Positions 51,206 to 64,000 of a DNA stretch of 64,000 nucleotides are shown one piece after another (within the stretch, counting starts at the first letter, position 1; every line of letters starts with the position of its first letter). The translations under genes were made by a program, and so were the position numbers. The notes beneath the pieces were generated by a model that did no database searches, was not told where the DNA came from, and saw only the letters and a list, made by a program, of their open reading frames with translations. The DNA lies in assembly GCF_006345805.1 (NCBI RefSeq), contig NC_043000.1:53630001-53694000 (forward strand), given 5' to 3'. This DNA comes from Octopus sinensis. Its lineage: Eukaryota.

Positions 51206-51425
51206 GGCGCATGAGGGTAAAATTCTGGGTTCGATTTCTGGAACGGGCGACACGTTGCGTTCTTGAGCAAAACGCTTCATTTCACGTTGCCCCAGTCCAC
51301 TCAGCTAGCAAAAATGAGTAACGCTGCGATGGACTGGCGTACCGTCCACCTGGAGAACACATACGCCATTGAAACCAGGAAACCGGGCCTATAGGCCTGG
51401 CTAGGCTCTAAAAGGGCGCATTAAT
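51206..51425 (+). mobile_element. tRNA-derived SINE (head/core family A, tail 2), head internally deleted
   Basis: Shares the core TTCTTGAGCAAAACGCTTCATTTCACGTTGCCCCAGTCCACTCAGCT..AAAATGAGT with 3338-3666 but continues with GCGATGGACTGGCGTACCGTCC. Confidence 0.75.
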
Positions 51426-52013
51426 TAATTAATTAATTATTATTATTATTATTATCATATATACATATATACATACGTATAGAATAGGATAGACCAGGCC
51501 GTCCATCTTCAGTATCGAGCGCTAACAGTCGGAAGGCCTGATCTATCTAATATACATTTGCTTTTATTGTCATTTACGTATAGGTGATTACCATATATCA
51601 GAGACACACAGTAGTACTCAACATTAGGCCGACAAAGCTTTCTACCGTATATTCTCGTACAATCATTGTAATTGCGTAAATCACTCATCAGATGCATCAA
51701 GAAACCTTCGAACATTTTCTTGCAGAATCAATGTGCTCGGCATCAATTTTTGTCAAAGAAAACTTATGAAAGAAAATTCCAATGTTGTGTTGTATACGAA
51801 TTTTTCAGCAATAAAACTGAAATCTTGTAATCTTAATTTCAACAACCCAAGTAGATTACTCGCAAGTTAATAGATTTAGTGTCTCAATCTAAACAGACTG
51901 TATCACGATTGGGCTGCATCTCGTTTTCTATGTCAAGCATTTAAAAAAATTACAATAAAAATTCATATAGATATTTATGAATATTTCCTTACATATATGT
52001 GTATATATGTATG

Positions 52014-52129
<116 letters not shown>

Positions 52130-52334
52130 AAATATTAGGGAATAAATCCAAACTTACAGGGAAAAATCAGATTTAGGATTAAATCCAATTTTATAGTTAA
52201 ATATTATATTATATTAAATTAGAAATAAAACCACTATTAGGCAAATCAATCAATGAAAAACATAAGCCAATACATAATAAAAGATAAAGAGTAAAACACT
52301 ATGATCGTTTCATGGCTGTTTTATCTCTAATTTA

Positions 52335-52420
<86 letters not shown>

Positions 52421-53702
52421 TCAGGTCATCCCATAAGTTCTGTGCAAATTTTGAATAATGAAAACAAGTGATCAAATGTTATATTTATTGAAATTTAATC
52501 ATCAATGTACTTTTCCTGATTATCTATGACTTCCTCCTATCTATGTACAAGCTTTTTAATCCCATCAATGTAAACCTGTTTTGGTTTCAAAGCAAAGAAC
52601 TTTGAAATGTTAGGTTTGTCCTCCTCCTGGCTTGTGAAAGTTATGTCCACCAAATGATTCTGTAAACTACGAAACAAATGGTAGTCTGAAAGAGGATGGT
52701 CGGGAGAATAAAGTGGATGAGGAATTTTTTCCCAAGCAAGCTCTTCGATCTTCTTTGATGTGATCTTTGCAGTGTGGGTTCAAGCATTGTCCTGATGAAA
52801 CATTACTCCTTTTCGATTCAGTAAAGCGGGTCTTTTTTTCTTCAAAGCTTGGTTCAAACGCTCTAATTGCTGACAGTAGACTTGAACATTGATTGTTGCA
52901 TTAAATGGTAACAGTTCAAAGTGAATTACTCCTTTGCAATCCCATGAGATAGGAAGAAGAACCTTTTTTCCATGAAGTGCCCTTCTCGGTTGTGGTTGAC
53001 CTTTTTCCCTTTTACCAAGCCACTGTTTACGTCGTTTAACATTTCAAAAGAAAATCTATTTTACTTCACCAGTCATAAGTCTATCCAAAAAGGATGAAAG
53101 GAATTCGCGAGAATGGAGAGAAGAGCAGATGTCAACTCGGGATTTGTGGTTGATTTCGGACAATTCATGAGGCACCCATTTTCCAAGTTTAGGAACCTTT
53201 CCCAGTTGTTGAAGATGACGATGAACAGTTGTATGGTTTGAACTAAGCTTTATTACCAATTCTACTGATAGTGCGAGATTTTCTTCAAGCAATGCCTCAA
53301 GGAGATTATCATCTAACTCAACTGGATGCCCTGTTCAATCTTCATCTTCAAGGGTAAAAACTCCACTTCTGTATTTTGCAAGCCATCGTCTGCAAGTTCT
53401 TTCATTCAAGCATTCTTTCCCATAAACTGAGTGTATGTTTCAAGTCACTTTGGCTGCAGATTTTCCTTTTTTGTAATCATAAAGCACTATGTGCCTTAAA
53501 TTCTCTTTGGATACTTCCATGCTAGAAAGTGTTTGAATCAAAGAACTTTTAATTCTAGTATTCTGTAAAATAAATATTTAATTAGTGTAAATGTACACAA
53601 ATGCATAAAAATAATTTTTAATTCCATTAGACATTCTAAAATACTATTAAACTTTATTCAATTTAAAAAAAGGTAAAATCGGACAGAACTTATGGGATGA
53701 CT

Positions 53703-53705
<3 letters not shown>
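52421..53705 (-). mobile_element. Full-length (~1285 bp) mariner transposon with TIRs and TA flanks
   Basis: TIRs TCAGGTCATCCCATAAGTTCTGT / TCAAGTCATCCCATAAGTTCTGT. TA on both sides, within (TA)n. Confidence 0.92.
52495..53520 (-). pseudogene. Mariner transposase pseudogene
   Basis: MEVSKENLRHIVLYDYKKG..., WVPHELS, FLDRLMTGE, HQDNA and HPLYSPD...SDYHLF, with several in-frame stops. Confidence 0.9.
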
Positions 53706-53765
<60 letters not shown>

Positions 53766-55417
53766 ATATATATATATATATATGCATTTATATATATATA
53801 TGTATGTTTATATATATATATATATATACACATACATATATATGTGTGTGTGTATATATATATTTGTTTATATACATATATACTTATGCATTCATACATA
53901 TATATGTACGTATCTTTAAGGATATATATATAAACAGTTAGACAGAGAGAGAGAGAGAGAGAGAGAGAAGAGAGAGAAAGAGAGAGAGAGAAAGAAAGAG
54001 AGAGAGAAAGAGAGAAATAGAGAGTGTGTGAGAGAGCGCGAAACAGAGGCATAGTATTTCGCTTGAAATATTTTGTTATATTAAAATCAATAAAGTAAGG
54101 CTGAGAATGCGAAGCGGAAATAGATAATTTATTTAAGCCTTATATTTCTGGTGACTCACCAATCTACAAAGAAAAATTCTCAAAGAAATATTAAAGGTCA
54201 AAAACGGACTATGTGTAATATTTGGCAGCATTTGAAATAAGCTACAATGCTTATTTGAATTTTCGCGGCAATACATTTGAATAAATATTATGGAGTGCTT
54301 ACGGGATGCAGATTGTCAGGCCAACTGGTTATTCATTACAATGACCAGTTGGATTAAATGGCACTCAATATCTGTCAGTCATGAGCGTTCTCCAAATAAA
54401 CACATTTCCGTGAGGAGCCCAGACAATTTAGACATTCAAGAACATGAGCAAGCACAAGAGCGTTAAGAGTGAATATTCCAACGACACTGCATCATTTCGC
54501 TTATTAGACTTTCAATTGAGCAACACGAATGGAGCTGTCGCCATCCCAGATCTCTATGGGGAAGCAGCTTGGAGAGATGTCTCCGTACCAACCAAGCTGG
54601 TTTTCCCTATCAGCATCTCAACGAGACAATACACAATTAATTCACTCGAGTCCAAAACAAGTACAGTAATACTCGAAAGCAAATACAGGCATGCCTCACC
54701 CTATGTCATTAATTGGTTCCAGGAGACAAGACTTAAGCCGAAAAACGGCTTGAGTCGCATTACGTTGTCTCTAGGCTAGGCCGAATTTACTTTCTCTAGG
54801 CTGAACTGATAATAACCATTCCCAGTTTATTTATGAATGCATTTTCTACAATACATGTTTAATAAAAACCTATTTTAAACTTACGAACAAATAATTTTTA
54901 ATTTTGAATACAGTAAATAGAAGAGTAATCTAAATTTACGAATACAATTTGGCTGTGTTTACCGTACAGCGCGGACGCTTTATCTATGAATGCGGTTTGG
55001 AATAAATTTTACATGGTAAAATAAAAACCCTTTTTAGGCTTAAAAATTAAATTCAGTAATTATATTTTGCAATAGTAAAAAAAATAATTTACCAATACGT
55101 ACATACAATTTGGTGATTTACATCGCGGATGTAAATGACTATGGATCGTCAGCATCAGTAGCCGACTCTGGCTGTTCTTGTTCGATGCGCTTGAATTCCT
55201 TGAATTGCATTCTTTTCCTCAAGGATTACATTATAAGGAGCAAAAACTTTGTGACTAGCTCCCATAATCTTGGAAAAGCACTGAGCATTTTGATCCATAT
55301 CCTCGAAGATAGAAATACCTTTTTTCGATACGTGCAAGAGTATGCTTACTGCTGTTTCTATTTATCAGAATGGGGCAAATTTTCATTTACATAATACCAC
55401 GTGTCAGAGAAGAGAGT

Positions 55418-56618
55418 TTGTTAGGGTGTAGTGAATAAATTTTCGTCTAAATTACGCAAAATTTAAAATAACACTGACATCTCATTTTCACAGATATATT
55501 CACCAAAATTACATAAAGATATTTTGAAAAACTAAAAAGCAACCGTTTTTTTAAATAAAATCGTCAATGTCTTCAACCGCAGCCCCCATTAGATTTCGGA
55601 ATCACCTGTAACTATTCTGGACGGTCTCCTTGTTTAAGTTGGAGAATGCTGCCATAATCCTTGCCTTCAGTTCATCTTTGGAGTAACAAGCTGTTTTGTT
55701 GGTCTCCCGCTGAACTGCGCTCCTCACATAATAATCATGAGGGTTGCAGTCTGGGGAGTTAGTTGGCCAGATGTTAGGAGTGATGTGGTCGCAAAGATTT
55801 TCTGACAGCCATGACCTGGTACTGTTGCTTGTGTGGCCTTGTGCAGAGTCCTGTTGCTAGATATAGTCCCTTCCAGCAGCCACTCTTTTGACCCAGGCAG
55901 TTGATGTAGGCCTCCGAGTTGTGTGTAAGGCCGTGTGGGAAGATGAATGGAGGCATAACATCGCCATCACTAATGATCAATAATAATAACCAACACCATT
56001 ATGTTGATTGGATGTTTGTGAAAACCCTAAGCGTGTTCGTTTGGAGAGGATGCTTGAGTTTGTTGAAAAGCTTCGTAGCGCGGTTTTTCCTCTTGTTCTT
56101 GATGGCTTGGGATAAAACTTCGCTCTTTCTCATCTTGTATAAGGAATACCGAATGTCCTCATACACTATATGCCTGTTTAAAAACTCAGACACTCCCATG
56201 TCTCTGGCGTGGCACCTGATTGACTTGGAAGGATCGTCGTCAATCATGGTCTGGATCCCACCAACAAATTCATGAATTCTTTTCTTATCAGAACGAGAAG
56301 AGTGAGTTTTCTGAGCTGCCGTAATATCGTAATCAATTTTAGACTCATCCAGCTCTTTCCGAATCCTCTGCACTGTTCACCGATTGACATCCAAACATTC
56401 TCAAATGTTTGTATTGAAGCTTCTGGTGCGAATACCAAGTAGTATAGCATATTCTTTCCAAATTTCTGGCAGGGGAAATTGCGTGATGATGCTGTTTTTC
56501 TCAGAGACGGTGCCCAACTGACTCTAGTATACTGTTTAATCGACAAAATAAAAGAAAAAACAATACGCATGCGTGAAATTAAATCTATAGAATGTATACA
56601 GTTTACCCATTGCAGTCT
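55418..56618 (-). mobile_element. Decayed Tc1/mariner element of maT (DD37D)-like type
   Basis: ORF 55999-56373 (VQRIRKEL...DDDPSKSIR...EDIRYSLYKMRK), then DGDVMPPFIFPHGL and WPTNSPDCNPHDYYV. The TIRs are degraded and the ends are approximate. Confidence 0.75.
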
Positions 56619-57623
56619 GTATATATATGTGTAGTGTAAATATGTGTGTGTGTAATTATGTATATACAAGTATGTGTCATGATATATTCACTCTTTTCAC
56701 ATACGATAGACTGTGTTCTTCGTTAATTTTTTTTATTCATTTCGGCTGTACGAGTGATTGTGTAGGCTTTACCACATTCTTACCGGCACAAGCACCACAA
56801 ACTGAAGCACACACACACATACACACACACACACATATGCGCTATCAGACATTAACACATTTATTGATTAGGTATTGAAGTTTTTAATAATAACTACATA
56901 TTTCAGGTCAGATAATATAAGATTTAACATGTATACTGCCGATTCAATAACCTGTAAATAGAACAGAGAAAATATGTAAGATTTTCCGAAGTTTCAGCAT
57001 GTTAATCATTACTATTGCTATTCTTAATGCTGTTGTTCCATCTGCAAAGATGAAGCTTTGCTTCTTTGTTTGAAATTAGGCACATCCTTTATAGGAAAGG
57101 TCAAAAGAATTAAATGAAACCATATAGATATGTTAATAAATGCAAAAAACATTATACACGCACATACATATATTCGCATGCTAGATAGCATTCTTTTATA
57201 TCTATATAAATAAATATCCCAAAAGTCTGTTGCATTAGATCTGTACTATCTTTGTAGATGAATATAAATTTTTAAGTCATTGTACTTAAATACAATCATT
57301 CATTCTGACTTTGCTCTGAGAAAGCTAATAATCAATAAAGGAAAGCAATATTGGCCTGGAGAAAGATATCAGAAAATTAATAGTATAGGACTACAATACA
57401 AAGAAAGTTATTAAAAGATTTTGTGATGAATTTTTGTTTCTATTTTTATATCCTGTTCTGTTTTGAAATCATAATTTTCTGTGGCGCCAATGTTTTTGTA
57501 ATACTATTTATTGAATCAAATTATATATAAATAATACCTATGCACATTCTATTTGAAGGTTATGACGGGTTGAAAATACATAAATACATATACATAAATT
57601 CATTCATCCATTCAAAGAGTAAC

Positions 57624-57749
<126 letters not shown>

Positions 57750-58273
57750 GTGTGTCTGTTCTTACATAAACTTTATTATATTTGTTATATTTGCGTAGCG
57801 CTCTAATATATATGCATATGCATACACGTATATATATAAGCATGTAGGAATCTTTATGTATATATATATATATAGATATATATATATATATATATCTATA
57901 TATATATATGCGTGTGTGTAAGCGTGTATATATATATATATGTGTGTGTATATATTTATATGCATATATATACGTATATATATATATATGTGTGCATATA
58001 TATATAGGTATATATCTATATGTAAATATATGTATATATATGTATATATATATGCGTATACATATATGTATCTATATATATGTGTATATATACACATATG
58101 CACACATGCAAAAATATACATATACATACATATATATATATGTGAACAGATTCACTCAAACATATATATGAAATGCAAACCTTTATGCTAGTGGTAAAAG
58201 AGATGGCTTTTGAGCACATGCAAATATATGCACACATGAAAAAATATACATACATACATACATATATATATAT

Positions 58274-58605
58274 GCGCATGGCTCAGTGGTTAGAGCATCG
58301 AGCTTATGATCGTGAGGTTGTGAGCTCGAATCCCGGACCGGGCTGCGTGTTGTGTTCTCGAGCAAGGCACTTTATTACACGTTGCTCCAGTTAACTCAGC
58401 TGTAGAAATGAGTTGCGACGTCACTGGTCCCAAGCTGTATCAACCTTTGTCTTTCCCTTGGCTAATACTGGTGGCGTGGAGAGGGGAGGCTGGTATGCAT
58501 GGGCGACTGCTGGCCTTCCATAAACAACCTTGCCCGGACTTGTGTCTAGGAGGGTAACTTTCTAGGTGCAATCCCATGGTCATTCCTGACCGAAGGGGGT
58601 CTTTA
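58274..58605 (+). mobile_element. tRNA-derived SINE (head/core family A, tail 3)
   Basis: A box TGGCTCAGTGG, B box GCTCGAATCC, shared core TTGTGTTCTCGAGCAAGGCACTTTATTACACGTTGCTCCAG, and a distinct 3' half. Confidence 0.8.
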
Positions 58606-58659
58606 CATATATATATACATATATACATATATACATATAAATATATATACATATATATA

Positions 58660-58722
<63 letters not shown>

Positions 58723-58929
58723 CATACATATACATATATATATACATGCATATATATATATGACATAAATGTATTTTCTATTTCTATTTCTCTGTCTTGT
58801 TACATTTGTAATATATTATGTATAATATAACTGCTATTGTGTAATGGTTTATTAAAGTATTGATTGGGTATTATCTGATGGTTGATGATTGATTTAGGTA
58901 TATTTCTCCATTTTCTCATTTTGTATGCA

Positions 58930-58966
<37 letters not shown>

Positions 58967-59340
58967 GTATATTTGACTATTTATTAAATTTTATGTATTG
59001 ATTAAGTCTTTCCTTGTTTGTTTTGCAAAATAGTGGTGTTGTCTCAAATAATATTTTATATATATATATATATATACATATATATTACATACATATATAT
59101 ATACATACATATATATATATATATATAATATATAAATACACATACATATATATATACATACATATATATTATATATACATACATATATATATACATACAT
59201 ATATATTATATATACATACATATATATATACATACATATATATTATATATACATACATATATATATACATACATATATATATACATATATATATATATAT
59301 AGATATATATATATATACATATATATACATATATATATAT

Positions 59341-59948
59341 ATAGAACAATCTTACTTAGAAAGGGATGCGCGTGCGTTCTGTCAAATAATAAATTAATAA
59401 ATAAATAAAATATATGCATATATACATACAAATATGTACGTACCTACCTCTACATGTATATATAGAAGCATGTATGGGTACAGGACACCAAAAAACGTCG
59501 AACACAATGAGAAACGAAAACATAAACACAAAACCAAGGAAATGCACATTTTCTTAAACAACGAAAAAATAGAGTACAGGACATACAAAACAAGGAAATT
59601 AAGGCGACTGAAGAAGGGGAATTTTCTTTGTTTTGTATGTTCAAAAAAATGTCCCTTTCCTTGGTTTTGTGTTTATGCTTTCGTTTCTCATTGTATTCGA
59701 CATTTTTTTAGTGTCCTGTACCCATATATGCATGTATACATACATGTAGAGGTAGGTACGTACATATATGTATATATGCATATATGTTATTTATTTATTA
59801 ATTTATATATACATATATATATATATATAATATATAAATACACATACATATATATATACATACATATATATTTATATATACATACATATATATATACATA
59901 CATATATATTTATATATACATACATATATATATACATACATATATATT

Positions 59949-59987
<39 letters not shown>

Positions 59988-60480
59988 ACATATATATATA
60001 CATATATGTATATATATATATTCATATATATATACATATATATATATATAGAACAATCTTACTTAGAAAGGGATGCGCGTGCGTTCTGTCAAATAATAAA
60101 TTAATAAATAAATAAAATATATGCATATATACATACAATATGTACGTACCTACCTCTACATGTATATATAGAAGCATGTATGGGTACAGGACACCAAAAA
60201 ACGTCGAACACAATGAGAAACGAAAACATAAACACAAAACCAAGGAAATGCACATTTTCTTAAACAACGAAAAAATAGAGTACAGGACATACAAAACAAG
60301 GAAATTAAGGCGACTGAAGAAGGGGAATTTTCTTTGTTTTGTATGTTCAAAAAAATGTCCCTTTCCTTGGTTTTGTGTTTATGCTTTCGTTTCTCATTGT
60401 ATTCGACATTTTTTTAGTGTCCTGTACCCATATATGCATGTATACATACATGTAGAGGTAGGTACGTACATATATGTATA
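59341..60480. repeat. Tandem duplication (~707-bp period) of a near-palindromic foldback unit
   Basis: 59341-59806 is repeated almost identically at 60049-60480. Within each unit, the left ~170 bp is an imperfect reverse complement of the right ~170 bp. Confidence 0.88.
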
Positions 60481-60499
60481 TATATATATTTATATATAC

Positions 60500-60576
<77 letters not shown>

Positions 60577-60877
60577 GAACAGACTCACTCAAAGATATAT
60601 ATGAAATGCAAACATTTACGCTAGTGGTAAAAGAGATAGGCTTTGAATCAGAAGGCCGTGAGTTCAATTCGTGTGTTGCATTGTGTGCTTGAGCAAAGCA
60701 CCTTGCGTATAATGTTACAATCTCCTGGGCTAAAATGCGCCAAAGTCACGTGGTAATGCAACATTTGCTTATCTCGAATGTTAAGTAGGTGAAGATTTGG
60801 GCCGTGAGTATTTACACACGGTTATATAGGCACCGAAAACAACATTGTAGAACGGTTTTTCTACCTACATACATACA

Positions 60878-61251
60878 CTCTTTTACTTGTTTCAGTCATT
60901 TGACTGCAGCCATGCTGGAGCACCGCCTTTAATCGAGCAACTCGGCCCCGGGACTTATTCTTTGTAAGCCCAGTACTTATTCTATCGGTCTCTTTTGCCG
61001 AACCGTTAAGTGACGGGGACAAGAACACACCAGCATCTTGGGGGCACAAACACAGACATACAAACATACACGCATATATATATATATACGACGGTCTTCT
61101 TTCAGTTTCCGTCTACCAAATCCACTCAGAAGGATTTGGTCGGCCCGGGGCTATAGTAGAAGACACCTGCTCAAGGTGCCAAGCAGTGGTACTGAACCCG
61201 AAACGATGTGATTCGTAAGCAAGCTACTTACCACACAGCCACTCCTGCGCC
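60878..61251 (-). mobile_element. tRNA-derived SINE family B, full length
   Basis: Reverse complement of the family B consensus from tail to head (ends ...CCACACAGCCACTCCTGCGCC). Confidence 0.88.
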
Positions 61252-61617
61252 TATATATATATATTTATATATATATATATATATATGCAAACTTTAGGGG
61301 TTTAGTTCACAGGTGATCTCTAACGATTAGGTACGCTATGTAAGTGCTGTAACAGATTAGTAGGGCTCCAAACATGTAGCCGAGACGGTAGTTATGTAGC
61401 CATTGCAGATTTCCGATATAGCGGATATATATATATATATATATAAGCAGCGAATGTATAAAAAAACACGGACAGAAGAAACGGACAATGCTACACAAAT
61501 ACAATAGAAATAATAGCATATGTATTTATATATACGATATGTGTGTATGTGTGCATAAGTTTACATATATACATATACAACTATATATATATATATACAA
61601 GTGACTCTTTATCAATG

Positions 61618-61686
<69 letters not shown>

Positions 61687-62742
61687 GCACCATGTCATGT
61701 TGAGCCCTGCATTCACGACTAATAGCCAGTTGCAACAAAGCTTAGTGTAGTTTGCTACCTCGAAATATAACCAAAATTTATGAATGTATATTCATATATT
61801 TTAAATCCGTAAGTGTGAATGCTGAATGCACATTCATGTACATCGTACAATCTACTGATATGAAGAAAGTAACAATAATAAAAAACAACAACAACACTAT
61901 CAGTAATATCTAGTGTCTCAATTATATCGTATCACGACGATGTAACTATTAGAAAGTATAAGAATCACATCTTCAGTGAGCCGTGTCGCCAGAGTATTAT
62001 GAAGAATACATTATATTTCTGCACTTATATAGAAAGAAAAGTATACAGAATGATAAAACCTAATATGTAAAAATAATAAATAAATAAATGAATTAGTATA
62101 ATTGATGAGAAATTACCATGTCCTAGGTTACATGGCTATATATGAACCAGTTCCGAGAGAAAGGAGAAAACGAGTGAGAATGAGAAACAAATAAAAGAGA
62201 CAGAGAGAGTGGGGGAGAAGGAGAAAGAGAGAGAGAGAGAAGGGGGAAGAGAGGGAGGAATATACTATAGTGTTATAAAGACATAAATTCAAATTGCGGT
62301 AATTAAACAGGCAGGAAAACTATGCATCAAAGAACTTTCACAAACCAATACATACAGACACAAGTACACTATACCACCATTCAAGTAGTAATTACATTCA
62401 TAGACGCACGCTCTGACTCACAGCCTCATACATTGGCTTATATATATTGCACACATATATTAACAGGAAAATATATCTGTTCACTAAAAATATAAAATAA
62501 CACAGACATTGTGTAAATTCACATATGGATGCATAAAAATAAAACATCTAGCTAAATAACCACAATAACTACACGCAATGAAATAAGACTACACAGACGA
62601 AAGAGACAGAGAGAGAGAATGAATTAATGAAAGTGAGAGAGAGTGAAAGCGAGAGTGAGAGAGATCAATACATACACGCAACGCTTGTATATGTAGTCAT
62701 AAAGTTATAATCAAATACATAACCTCTTTAACACATGCACAT

Positions 62743-63937
62743 ATAGAGGGGATTCCAAAAAATGTATGCGTATATTGAATGTATACAAAGTCAATGTTTA
62801 TCAAAATACACTTCCTTTTCAGACAGAATTTGATACTTTAATGAACGTCTGTTTTCAAATCGGCAACATTTCTAGTCCAGGCTCTCATGATAATGCAAAG
62901 CAATGAAACTGCAAACGTCGAGAAACCGTTCGCCGTTTGAGCGCATTCTCGTACAATAGGTAACCTCAATACATTAACTATTGAGGATTTTGTACTGTAA
63001 ATGTTAAGTTTTATGTATTCCTATCAAAATATCTAGTGATACGCGGCTCGGTGAGCACTGTTTGTATTCTACTGAATCTCTTTATCAATTCTCATGTTGG
63101 ATAAATCTCATCAATGTGATCCTTACTTTGCTGAAATAAAACTTCACATGTTTGAAGTCCTCTTGAATGCTTGGTATGATAGATGGTCACAGTAAGTTCA
63201 CTTAAATCGGACCAGTCACATTATCTTCGAAAATTAACTCTTCTGATGATAAACCGCACTATACTGCAGTTCTCTGTAAATTAACTTTGTTTACTCATAA
63301 CATGCTGAGTCTCAACTCAGATCCCCAGACAGTACAAGTTTGGCGGTTGAGTGATTAAATATAAATGTGGTTTCATCACTCTAAGCAATGGTTGTTGAAA
63401 AGTGTGCATTATCAATAGGTCCTTCCTGGTAACACTCGCAAAACTTCACTCTTTAATCAGGATCATCTTCATTGAGATGAGGCTGTTCCTGAAATGAGGC
63501 TTTTGCAATGACAGTCGTTCAAAATACGATCGACACTTCATTTTGAAATTTCTATCTCACGATTCGCTTGTCGCGCGGTTTCTTTTAGACTCTGGTAATA
63601 GATTTCTAATACTGTGTGGGACTCGTCGGTGTTCGCAGTCTTCCAGAACGTTTCTTGTGGACATTAGGAACAGTTCCATCTGATTCACACTTATCTCTAC
63701 TTCGAATGGTGGTAAATGGCGTTAGTGGATCGTTTGAAACTTATTCCTAAAGGGTCTTTACTCATGGGCAGTATTTTCAAACCTATAGTGACACTTCAGG
63801 AGACATTTCTTTTGTTCAAAGCTTAGTTTGGCTTCTTGCATTATTTCTAACTGCTTAAACGGATAAAAAATTTATAAATTAAAATTAAGTGCGTTATTAT
63901 CTGTAAATTTGCTTATATATTTTTGAGACATCCTACA
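62743..63937 (-). mobile_element. Decayed Tc1/mariner element, DD41D (rosa/Visitor)-like
   Basis: The minus strand gives an N-terminal HTH region (GTVPNVHKKRSGR), LNEDDPD*RVKFCE, SDETTF and a degenerate RGSVEY..SP..LD motif. Degraded TIR-like ends lie at ~62743 and ~63937. The subgroup call is inference. Confidence 0.65.
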
Positions 63938-64000
63938 TGTGTGTGTGTGTGTGTGTGCGTGCGCACTAGTGTGTATTACGCACACACACATCCTTGCTAT

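Noticed and set aside
51620-51700. Minus-strand CTGATGA...GAAAG...GTC hammerhead-like string
   Set aside because: Helix II closing pair and helix III do not form, so it is likely chance.
54444-54779. 111-aa plus-strand ORF in a GC-richer block
   Set aside because: No recognisable family in any frame; probably an unidentified transposon relic.
55113-55150. 9-bp hairpin ATTTACATC-gcg-GATGTAAAT next to a minus-strand CTGACGA
   Set aside because: No GAAA/NUH half-site, so it is not a hammerhead, and a single short hairpin is expected by chance.

Overview
AT-rich, microsatellite-saturated eukaryotic DNA with no recognisable host protein-coding gene. The repeat content suggests a cephalopod (Octopus-like) genome; this is inference only. 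Most of the long ORFs in the track are translations of (TA)n, (TATG)n, (CA)n or (TAA)n tracts. The window is a mosaic of mobile elements: the 3' end of a frameshifted Helitron with an intact hairpin+CTAG terminus, a complete non-autonomous Helitron, several decayed Tc1/mariner elements and MITEs, an R4/Dong-like RLE LINE sitting in (TAA)n, two Penelope-like (PLE) remnants, and several tRNA-derived SINE families. Three observations stand out. (1) There is a set of type I hammerhead-ribozyme (HHR) motifs with palindromic helix III: one with a fully canonical core (14137-14229), one near-canonical (44021-44055) and four decayed. (2) One HHR lies inside a tRNA-headed, SINE-like unit (29891-30392). 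(3) Two identical copies of a full-length 5S rRNA sequence lack a T-run terminator and are fused to the 3' tail of the local tRNA-SINE family, the architecture of a 5S-derived (SINE3-like) retroposon. All protein and RNA family calls come from motif recognition by eye; no database search was run.
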